From NCBI GenBank assembly GCA_000934665.2, contig JYFJ02001774.1, forward strand, positions 51,393-71,392: a stretch of 20,000 nucleotides of DNA. Reading direction: 5' to 3'. This DNA comes from Catajapyx aquilonaris (Eukaryota). Both the position numbers and the translations under genes were made by a program. How positions within the stretch are numbered: position 1 is the first letter of the stretch; the number at the start of each line of letters is the position of its first letter. This document shows, piece after piece, positions 10,817 through 20,000 of the stretch. The notes beneath the pieces were generated by a model, which saw only the letters and a program-made list of their open reading frames with translations, ran no database searches and was not told the DNA's origin.

Positions 10817-11418
10817 CTGGAAAAGGAAGTAAATAAAGGTCAGCAGGTCTATTAAGAAACAAATCTATCTACCACATGTTAACCTCACCAATTTCAAGTC
10901 ACAATTGCCTATTCAGAGATTTACCTACTTCTTATTTTATTTTTATTTTTGTAGTTTTTCCTTTAATTTCATCTAATAGTTCTAGCCAAGTCAGACAAGT
11001 TGTAGCTAAAATCTACATGGATCTCATGAGTAATGTAAAAATGAAATTAAGCAAAAACATTAATAATTACCGCCGATAATTACAATAAATTCCGATCAGA
11101 AACACAAGACAACACAGGAGCTTGCCTATACTGTCGTCATAGCCCTTGATTATACTTATAGGAGACTCTGAAAGGCTCCAGTGATGGAATGATGCGGTAC
11201 ACTCATAAAGGAATAGCAGAAATTACATGAATTTTTGGTAATACATGGGTAATTTTTCCACCTCTGATTATGCATGTCACATCATGAATTTGCATCAGAA
11301 AAAAATGGGGTGGTAACTTGAAACCGTTTTTCGACCCCAAGAGGTCTAGAGTGCGTTTTAATGACATTACCACGCTTTAAAATTGTTATTCATTGCACAA
11401 TTTTTTTTCCAGGCATGA

Positions 11419-11591
11419 AGGTGCGTTTACACGTGAGCGATTTGACGTCTGAAGTCTTCGCCGAGCGATAACATCGCCGAGTAACCCAAGTATTGTTTGA
11501 GGCACAAATTGATTGTTACTTTCACCTCAAACAATTTTGGTGACTTTGCCCCGCTTTGCATGTCAAAAGTAGCTCACATGAAAACGCGCGT
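11419..11591. mobile_element. PIF/Harbinger-like MITE, same family as 7865-8063
   Basis: AGGTGCGTTTACACGTGAGCGATTTG ... AAGTAGCTCACATGAAAACGCGCGT, flanked by TGA/TAA. Confidence 0.65.
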
Positions 11592-11733
11592 TAAAGAGTA
11601 TATTTGAGGCGTGGGATTTTTCATGGAGACAAAAAGTTGCTTCGGAGAGGTGGCGTAAGTATACCACGGGGTCCAATAAGGACCCCATGTTTCAAGTTGA
11701 CGGCATTTTCATTTGCGACACTGACTTTATTAC

Positions 11734-11844
11734 CTTCGGCTTATTGGCCTTCGTCCTTGCTTTGCCTGCAGCTGCCTTCTTGGCAGAGGTCGCCTTGATG
11801 GTGTCCAGGTAGTCCATGGCCCATCTCAAGGTTGACATCGACAT
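11734..11844 (-). CDS. Unit E leader exon, 37 aa (MSMSTLRWAMDYLDTIKATSAKKAAAGKARTKANKPK)
   Basis: tttcAG|GTGCGAGAAAGGGAAG-ATG (acceptor 11862-11861), 111 nt, AAG|GTAATA donor at 11733, phase 0. Confidence 0.78.
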
Positions 11845-12885
11845 CTTCCCTTTCTCGCACCTGAAATTAATAGTCCAGTAATTTACTGCCTACTCCCCAA
11901 TCATAAGAGGCTGATGATGCATATATCCCTGCTAGGCCTAGTCCATGTCTCTCCATCCTTCATTCCCTCCCGCCCTGCAAAACGGCCCCGTCTGTTACCC
12001 ACCTGATACTCCGAAGTGTTGTGCAGCAACCGGTACCGGTATCACCCTCAGGAGATGCTGTGTTGGGACAGGACGAGCGAGAAAAGCAGGACAGACAGAA
12101 TACAGAACAACCAGTGGCAGCCTGTGACGTGTGACTGTTTATTCCCCAATAGCGGTTATATTTGGAATAACTGCTACTTATTGTCACTGTTCAAGGAAAC
12201 CTGGACAAACAAACGAACGAACTTTGCCTTTTACAACACTGTAGATATAGGTTGATGTAACCCTCAAGGTAACCCTTCAGGTCCTGGCAGCTAGGCGGAA
12301 AGAAAAGAGAGGCTCATATATTGCTCATGCAATTATCCCTCAATTGTAAAATATTGTAAAAGAAAAACTGTAAAGAATTATTTAAAAAATTGTAAAATAG
12401 TATGGAGGGGGGTCTCCAACACCCCACTTGTGTCCAAATAATTAATTTTATTAATATTAATCTATTGTCTGTCACCTCCATATCTGTGTCCCTCCCATCT
12501 CCCCCCTTTTCCCATGGACCATCCCAACTGCAATAACTGCAATAATTGACAAGTTAAAGTCACTTCTTTATTGTTACCATTTGATTCAAGAGGGGTACAG
12601 TATATTTAAGTACAATTCTTGCCCAGAACAGTAACATAAGTAGGCTTTACATTTCTCCGTACGTACCACTCCGGGCAGCCACACAAAGTGGTTACACCCA
12701 CTTGACAAAACTGGACCAAAGAAAAACATCAAAAATAATAACAAAACAATACCATCTACACACAGGCTGTACTGCAACTACAGCAATGTAACAGCACGTA
12801 TCCTGAAGGCTATAACACAAAGCAATTCCTTCTATTATTATGCTCTCCAAATAAATACGCATGTGATAATATCAGCAGCCATATA

Positions 12886-13102
12886 TGACTTGCCAAAGTT
12901 GTACTCGTACACTGCAACCATATTCTCATCATCGAAATAATCAAAAATTATTGCATTATGATCATAAACCTTCTGCTTGTCCAGCACCTCGTCTTCCAAG
13001 AGGGTATCAAATTTTAGTGCCATCACCAAATTCAAATTGGTGTAGGTGATAATCCTCCCATTCCATATGGCATCCTGAATGGCCTGATGGAGTGATTTGA
13101 AA
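12886..13102 (-). pseudogene. Unit F: internal fragment of the domain exon with frameshifts
   Basis: FKSLHQAIQDA ... LLEDEVLDKQKVYDHNAIIFDYFDDENMVAVYEYNFGKS. Both ends are deleted and the frame is broken. Confidence 0.8.
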
Positions 13103-13663
13103 CTGGGCAGCCATACATGCGGTCATGTACACTCATTTGACAATAGAAGTGAAAATAAACACTGGCTGTACTGCAACTACAGCAATGTAACAGCATGTTA
13201 CCTTGAGACTATAATGAAACAATCCCTTTTTTTCATCCAAATAATTCTGGAAATGATAATAAAGACGGTTGAGGAAAAATAGTGCAGTGACGAGTAATAA
13301 TGAGCAGTAATAACCAAGGCACTTTCATTTAGGGGGGGGGGGGGGAAATTCTTTGCAGCTTAAACTAATTATTTTTGGGAATTTTTGGTGACCTAAAACT
13401 CCCAAACAATGAAGCATATGTGCAGGGTACTCTCTCTGCAACCCTCTTACGAACAAAACATTTGAACAACTGCACTGAATCTCAAACATGAATAATGGGC
13501 ATGAGAATATTAATAATTTGAAATAAAAATAAAATATAAATTCACTTTTTCTAAAAGTGATTGTAATTTCACCTCTGAATATAAATCTCCACTGCAGATT
13601 TTAAAAGGCCATAGAGATCCATCCAACGGATCTCATTGCCTTTACTTCTTCTCGTGTGTGCAT

Positions 13664-14239
13664 TTAGGGACTTCCAGTCCTGCTATCTCGAAATTTGACT
13701 TGCTCAACATCGAAGTAATCTGGATCATACACTGGCTGCATGTTCTGGTCACGAGAATCTGAAGGTGTCTTATTTATCATCTTCAGAAAGTCCTCGTAAC
13801 CATCAATGCCTCCAATATCCTCAGGAGGACAAGCCCTCTTTCCACCAAGGCACCTGGGATACACCTGATTTGGCTCAACCTTAACAGCTTTCTCGAACAA
13901 GACCTGATGCTCCCATTCGTCACCAAAGTCATACTCGTATATTACATCCATATTCTCATCAAAAAAATAATTAGAAATAATTGCACGATTTTCAGAAATA
14001 GGTTTGTCGTCTGGCTCCTCGATGCCCATGTCCATGCGGTTCCAGGGGGGACCAATTATGGTGCCATCTTCAAAGTCAAATTGGTGCAGGTGACGATTCT
14101 TCCATCCCATTGCATCCTGAATGGCCTCATGGAGTGATTTGAAAGTGTAGTTCTTTGGCACTTGGATGCGACGCCAGATGCGAGGCTTGGTGTCCAGAAG
14201 GGTTATCTTAAACTGGTACACTTCGTTGAATCCATCATT
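13664..14239 (-). CDS. Unit G domain exon: pRiA4b ORF-3 family domain (predicted spliced protein about 310 aa)
   Basis: Acceptor aaatcAG (14241-14240), then NDGFNEVYQFKITL... with YEYDFGDEWEH and CLGGKRACPPEDIGG. There is an in-frame deletion near the C-terminus. Confidence 0.88.
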   Translation of the reverse strand, partial: NDGFNEVYQFKITLLDTKPRIWRRIQVPKNYTFKSLHEAIQDAMGWKNRHLHQFDFEDGTIIGPPWNRMDMGIEEPDDKPISENRAIISNYFFDENMDVIYEYDFGDEWEHQVLFEKAVKVEPNQVYPRCLGGKRACPPEDIGGIDGYEDFLKMINKTPSDSRDQNMQPVYDPDYFDVEQVKFRDSRTGSP

Positions 14240-14361
14240 CTGATTTTAAAGAAGAGAAAGTAAATAAATGTTTGTTTGTTTATAGCTTCATTTAGATGCC
14301 GTCGGCCTGCAGCACATGCTGTGATGGAATGATGCTGCATTGGAGCTGCAGACGACTTTAC

Positions 14362-14613
14362 CTTTGGCTTGCAAGGTTTCTTGGCCTTCCTTGATTTCTT
14401 GGCAGCAGGGACTTTCTTGCTTGTAGTGGCCTTCTTGCCAGTGGTTGCCTTGTTGGTGGTAGTAGCCCCTTCCTTAGTTGACTTTTTGTCACAGCCAGCA
14501 GCTTTCTTTCTGGAAGTTCCTTTCTCCTCATCTCGCTCAGTCTCAGCAGCAACAGCCCTCTTTCTTGAGGGATGCCTCTTGGCCACCGTAGTCTTGCGGA
14601 CTTTGGAGGATAC
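14362..14613 (-). CDS. Unit G second leader exon, 84 aa, Lys/Ala/Thr-rich
   Basis: Acceptor ctttttcatccctAG (14615-14614), VSSKVRKTTVAKRHPSRKR...KKPCKPK, donor AAG|GTAAAG at 14361, then a 122-bp intron. Phase 0 on both sides. Confidence 0.78.
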
Positions 14614-16006
14614 CTAGGGATGAAAAAGGGTTCACATGACTGTGGTTCATGTAGAAAATAACAAGGGACGCCAAGTGGCGGTCACCGAAAGTTGACCATG
14701 AAACCTATTTTGGTCACGCTCAATCCGAATATGAAAATTGTCACTGTTTGTCACTATCTACCGGTCCACAGACGGATGGATGGCCAGAGCCATTCCGTGT
14801 GACTTTTTTTCCGATGAGAAAAAGTTTAGAAACTGATTACACACTTCAATATCATTATATGTGGTCGCTAATGTCTTGTCTCATTGTGTATGAAAATGTA
14901 TTATTTTTGGCACTTTAAGACATCATAACTTTTGCAAATATGGACGCCAGCCCGAAATATTCCATTTTTTGGTTATCATAATAATTATATTGTCCTGTAG
15001 TGGCATGTTAAGTTTCATCAAGATATGTCATTATCACCCGATGACCTTCCCTTGTAATATTAATTGGTAGACTATCACCCTGGGAGAACGTCTGTTGTGA
15101 TTCTGTCTTGCTGTCTCTGCTAGTAAGCCAAGTACAAATATGTAGAGTGAAGTAGAGACAATGGGTATAAGGTGCATATGGTTTATGTCAAATCCAGGCA
15201 ATAAGTTGGGATCCCACCGGAGGCTCCGGATGACAGGGTAGCTTGTTGAGGGAAAAAACGAAGACCTTTTTTCCTCAACATACCATCTGGTGGACTCAGG
15301 CCCCAGGTTGACAAGAAAATAAATGATTTCCTCATTTTTGGGGGATCCTGCTCTGGATAGTGCGAGTCTTGGTGTGAGGACAGTGGCCATCAATATATTA
15401 GGGCTATAGGGTTTGGAGCTAGAGAGAAAAAGGCTGTGCAGCCTTATAGGGTGCATTCAATTAGATTTGTTAAATACAATTTCCAGTGAGCAGTGCATTA
15501 AAATTCAACTCACTTTTGTAATGACAACATTGCTATCGATAGCAAAAATTATGAACAAACCTGGTATGAAAAAAAGTTAACATTTGATTTGCTGCCCAGT
15601 GTAATTGAATGACATAAGTATAAATTTATAATATTAAACAATCATTGTATGCACTTTACCGCTGTCCTAATGTATGAAATGAGTAATGCCAATAAAGTAA
15701 TCACTTTCTTAACCATTTCTGTAGTTGTTGGCTTGGTGATTCCAAGTCAGGACAAGCGAACCACTTATTATGGGGATGAAGAAAAAAAAAATCCTTCTTT
15801 CTTCCCCCTCTCTCGCCCAAATGTTTACATGGTCCAGTCCAATTTCTTTGGGCCTTAAAATATCTCAAACGACCTTCCCATGCAATCCTAACCAGAAGGG
15901 GGACTATGCCAGACACCCCAACCAAAGGGTCAACGGGGTCAACTCCTTTTGCCTTTTGGGCTGGTGGGTTTATATCTACCCTAGACCAAGCTTTGCTTTC
16001 AATTAA

Positions 16007-16290
16007 CCCTGGAACCATGCCGCGGGGGTCTTTTTGGACCCCCAAGGAATTAAAATGGATTAAAATGATAATTACCATGAACTTTTGCAATTTTTTATAA
16101 GTATATAACAGGAAGTGCATGTTTATTTTGAATTAGCGATCATTTTAGGCATTGTTCAAAGAATGATTGCATATAGTCAATACATTGAAAAGTATTATAT
16201 AATAAGTAATAAAAATTAAAATATGGATGGGGTCCGAACAGACCCCACGGCACGGTCGCCGTAACTTTCAGGCACGGCACGGTTCCAGGG
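16007..16290. mobile_element. piggyBac-type MITE (284 bp) in an intron of unit G
   Basis: TTAA (16003-16006) CCCTGGAACCATGCCG ... CGGCACGGTTCCAGGG TTAA (16291-16294), with subterminal inverted GGGGTC-N-GACCCC palindromes. Confidence 0.85.
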
Positions 16291-16975
16291 TTAAAATAAA
16301 ATAAAAGAACTTCCTCGTTTTCGCGATTTGCGATCCTTTATTTTCTAACATGCAATTAAATAAGATTTGCAACAAAAATAAACCTCGACGGATACTGGTA
16401 CGCGCGGAACATGCTTTTCCACAAATCAAACCCTTTATATCTTAGAACTTACACAACACATTATTAGTTGAGAAATTAGAAGTGAGAATTTGGAATCGGT
16501 ATAAGGTTTAGTAATTTTTCGAAAATATTTTACTTTAACTGCAATTATATCTTGGGCACAAGTTGCAGCACAATCTTGCCATCCATTTGCAATGATTATT
16601 TACTGTATTTAAGGGCTTTGCCCTCCAATGAGGTAAACAAAATAAAATTAAAATAAATAAATAATACTGTATTTGTGTGTAATTATGCTCTTCGAAAAAA
16701 ACGGGGGGAAATTTGACCAAAAAATTGGGTGGAAGCGACCACTTAACCATATGTCAAAGTTCAAACATATTTTAGACGTTGTGTCTTCCAAGCATTACCG
16801 GTATCTGCCGGTATGTATATGTGAAGTTGACATGTTATTATTTCAAAAATTACTTTGCACTTACTCTAAATCCATCTGTACAATCATAGTGCCCCAAACT
16901 CAGATTCAGGTGAACTTGGCAATTCCTTAACACAATGGCCACAACGAAATATTTGTCCGAAATTTCTGCTCTTAC

Positions 16976-17080
16976 CATAGTGTTATTCTTCCTCCTCCTC
17001 TTCGCATCCTTCGAGCCTCCTCCTGCCTCCCCATCTTCCTCTGTGCTCCTTGATGCAGCTGCCCTTTTGCGAGGAGCCAT
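16976..17080 (-). CDS. Unit G first coding exon, 35 aa (MAPRKRAAASRSTEEDGEAGGGSKDAKRRRKNNTM)
   Basis: tttcAG acceptor at 17098-17097, ATG at 17080, donor ATG|GTAAGA at 16975, phase 0. Nearly identical to the start of the unit A leader. Confidence 0.78.
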
Positions 17081-18364
17081 CTTCCCTTACTCGCACCTGA
17101 AACAATAATAATTGGCAATAATTGGGCAGTAATTCAATGCCTTACAATCATGTTCAGGCATGTCCCCACTCCAATCCTCCCGCCTTATTGCATCGGCCAC
17201 CTGTTGCATACGCACCTGTCCTATCTAGTGCAGCAGCCTGCTGTACCGGTATTGCCCTCAAGAGTCGCGGACCTGGACAAGTGAGATAAGTCAAGTGCGA
17301 CCGAGTCGGACGGAAGAGAACAGCCGAATGACTCACAACGTGACGTACAACCGTGCTTTATATACGGTCTTGCGTGACTCACACTCACGTGCAGCTGCGG
17401 TTAGCCTAGCTGTTACTTCCCCCACCGCGGTTATAACTACTTGTCACTATTATTCAGACACCTGTTGGCACGATAACCAAACCTGGACAAACAAACAACC
17501 CATAGATTCAAGAGGCTCGTTGCTCAATTAGGGCACACTTGTACGGACGTGACCTCCCAACACTGCTGTGACAAGTTCATTTTAATTAGCTTTTAAATTG
17601 TTGGGTACTCCAATAATGACCTGTACTTTTTTCCCGCTCTTGTCCCAACCCGCTGCATTTGCCTGTGGACCCAGCCACTCCAAATACAATGACTGCAAAT
17701 TGCAAGAAAAGTCACTTCTTTATTGTTACCTGTCCATTCAAAAGCAGGTACGTACCATCATTTAAGGTCAGTTCTTGCCCAGCACACCTTTAACATTTTT
17801 CTTGGTACACAATAACTGTGGGCAGTGCACTCGCTTGACAATATAATTGAACAAAAATAAAAGTAACAAAATTAATAACAAAATAACAAAAAGCAATGAA
17901 GCAACACTGGTAAACTCTGGCCGTACTGCAACTACAGCAATTTAACAGCATGTAACCTGAAATCTATAACAATTACTTTTTTTCCCCTTTCAAATAATTG
18001 TACTTAATGATAGTCAAGAGAAGTTAGGGAAAAAAACTGCAGTAATGAGTAATCATGCGCAGTAACCAAGGGCACTTTCACTTAAGAAAAAAAATACAAT
18101 TTCTTTACACTTTGAATAAATAATATTGAAACACTTTCAACTCATATTTCATTGGGACCTCAAACTCCCAAACAAGGAAGCACCCATCTTATGGATGAAA
18201 CATTTTAACAGACTCTCAAACATGAATAATGTGCATGAGAATTAATAACTTGAAATAAACATAAGGAAACAAAAATTGCACTTCATATCCATTTTCCCGG
18301 AACTTATTGTCATTTCACCTATGAATATAACTCTCCACACTGCAGATCCACCCACTTGGTCTCA

Positions 18365-18888
18365 TCACTTTTTCTTCTTTTCAGGTGCAGGTTTGCCACT
18401 TCCAGCCCTGATGTCTTCAAAGGCAACGTACTCAACATCAAAGAAATCTGGATCATACTCGTAAGGCTTCTGATCATACAGCCATTCCAACAGTTCCTTC
18501 ATGTCTTCGTCTCGAGACTTGGGAGGTGTCTTTATCACCTCCAGAAGATGCTCGTAACCTTCGATGCCTCCAACATCCTCAGGAGGACAAGCCCTTGCAC
18601 CATCAAGGCACCTGGGATACAGCTGCTCTGGGTCAACCTCAACAACTTCCTCGAACAAGACATGGTGCTGCCATGAGTCACCCAAGTCATACTCATATAT
18701 GGATACTTTCTTCTCGTCAGAGAAGTAATCAGCAATCTTGGCATCAGTGTCACGAATCCTTTCATCCATCATGAGGTAGGATGGACCAATCAAGGTTTTA
18801 TCTTCAAATAAAAATTGGTGCATGTGATTACCCTCCCATCCCATTGCCTGCTGAATGGCTATATGGATATAAGTGTTATCCTCTGGCA
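18365..18888 (-). pseudogene. Unit H domain exon, interrupted by the Transib insertion
   Basis: PEDNTYIHIAIQQAMGWEGNHMHQF...YEYDLGDSWQH...CPPEDVGG...PEKKKK*. Homology stops abruptly at 18888, inside the expected IQVP motif. Confidence 0.85.
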
Positions 18889-20000
18889 CACAGTGGGGCA
18901 GATTCGAAAAGTGTCGGAAAAAAATCATGCGACTTCTTGTATGTCACAATATTGAATTTAAATGCGAAGTAAGGGTGTTTTAGCCTGTTCCAATAGATCG
19001 CGAGAGGGGAAGAATTGCCGAATGTTAGATACGGGCACTGAATGTCACATAATCTAGTGGAGGTTTTTTTCCATAAGTGTAATAGCGGAATGGCTGTAAA
19101 AGTTTGTTCAACTATAGTAATACTAGTGCAGATTCATTCATCAGAGTACCGGTACCAAGATTATCTATTGTGGCAGAATTGTATAGTGCAACTGCATTAA
19201 ATTTTTATATTCGAGGTTAGAAATATTAGAAGATGGCAGAATTTATGAAACACATGAATATATTAGATTATGAAGGTTGATTTCAGAAGCTTGCAGACTC
19301 AAAGATGCGAAAATAAATACATAAGTAGGGTCAAGGTTATTTGATGACCAAAACAAATGAGACAAAAATTTCCATAACTATATCATTGTAGAATTTTTTA
19401 TCCGTTAGCGTTACCTTTAATCTGAATCGGTGTTGTCAGAACTGTTTTCAGCAGCACTCTCTGGGTCGCTTTCCGGTACTGGTAGCAGAAGTGCAGCTGC
19501 TGCTTCGGAGAGGCCCTTGCTTTTTTTCACTGGGGTTTGCCTCAGAGACGTAACATACGGGTCTGACGAAACTAGCAGCATGTGCACCAGATCTTCCATT
19601 GCCGCAGTGCGTGACACCTTCCTGGTATGGTACTCTCTGTATCGGCGAAAATCTTTGTTCCGCGCCTCCTGTGCTTCTTCCGATAGCATTCCCACAGGAA
19701 GTGGTGCTGCGGCAATGATATCTCCTCCATGCAGTAGAATCCGGTGGACGGATGAGGGCATGTAATACCATCCATAGAGCTTCACAAAGTGTTTTGCAGT
19801 GTCCAATGCGTATGCTTTGAATTTGTGAAGCTCTACGGAACGCCCACTTGACATACACTGCAAAATTGTTGCAAATCTTTGGATTATACTCTCATCCAAT
19901 CCGGTAATTGCTGCTGAAGTGGATGGGTCACCAAAAAATCTGCGGGATGTGTTCCCATCATTAGTGGTCCCCGTGCCCTGTTTGGGTATGTCAATGAGAA
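18889..20000 (-). mobile_element. Transib DNA transposon, 3' end (extends beyond the window)
   Basis: The terminus reads CACAGTGGGGCAGATTCGAAAAGTGTCGGAAAAAAATC inward from 18889. The adjacent GC-rich 5-mer TGGCA is a candidate TSD. A transposase ORF lies inside. Confidence 0.88.
19417..19998 (-). CDS. Transib (RAG1-like) DDE transposase, C-terminal part
   Basis: Open to the window edge: LIDIPKQGTGTTNDGNTSRRFF..., WYYMPSSVHRILLHG (Zn-binding His pair) and LSEEAQEARNK (catalytic Glu motif), followed by an acidic tail. Confidence 0.92.
   Translation of the reverse strand, partial: LIDIPKQGTGTTNDGNTSRRFFGDPSTSAAITGLDESIIQRFATILQCMSSGRSVELHKFKAYALDTAKHFVKLYGWYYMPSSVHRILLHGGDIIAAAPLPVGMLSEEAQEARNKDFRRYREYHTRKVSRTAAMEDLVHMLLVSSDPYVTSLRQTPVKKSKGLSEAAAALLLPVPESDPESAAENSSDNTDSD

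Noticed and set aside
14203..14586. Histone H1 gene (also 1912-2178)
   Set aside because: The similarity is only compositional (Lys/Ala-rich). There is no globular H15 domain, and these segments are better explained as leader exons.
14640..15990. ORFs 15034-15456 and 15701-16120 and possible decayed transposon sequence in G's long intron
   Set aside because: No recognisable protein motifs or paired termini, so no call can be supported without a database search.
4483..18774. Plus-strand ORFs overlapping the domain exons (e.g. 4483-4980, 6101-6430, 9569-9922, 9992-10504, 18356-18676)
   Set aside because: They are antisense shadows of the minus-strand gene. They recur only because the gene is repeated, and their ends are not conserved.
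1..18888. Bacterial plasmid / IS1096 region or contaminant contig
   Set aside because: Conserved in-phase splice sites, poly(A) signals, SINEs with TSDs, eukaryotic DNA transposons, low coding density and no operon structure all point to a eukaryotic locus.
18889..18928. N-terminus MIFFRHFSNLPHC of ORF 18365-18928 as a genuine gene start
   Set aside because: It is read from the Transib terminal repeat and is a chance in-frame fusion. There is no evidence of expression.
18889..18930. A true V(D)J recombination signal rearranging the array
   Set aside because: There is no ACAAAAACC nonamer at 12 or 23 nt, and I saw no equivalent signals at the other units. The Transib TIR explains it.

Overview
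This is eukaryotic DNA, most likely from an invertebrate animal, judging by spliceosomal introns, tRNA-derived SINEs with (TTA)n tails, Harbinger- and piggyBac-type MITEs and a Transib transposon. Nearly the whole window is a minus-strand tandem array of at least 8 units (A-H) of one gene. Its main exon encodes a pRiA4b ORF-3 / MM3350-like domain (Pfam PF07929, also annotated as IS1096-passenger TnpR), a family I know mainly from bacteria, archaea, plasmids and some fungi. Complete units read: non-coding exon, 120-140 bp intron, ATG plus Lys/Ala-rich NLS-like leader exon(s), phase-0 intron, domain exon, about 0.7 kb 3'UTR, AATAAA. Units A (cut by the window edge), D, E (two domains fused in frame) and G look intact. 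C lacks its leader exons, B and F are fragments, and H is interrupted by a Transib element with a CACAGTG terminus whose RAG1-like transposase C-terminus fills the end of the window. The splice models and family assignments were made by eye from motifs and are untested.
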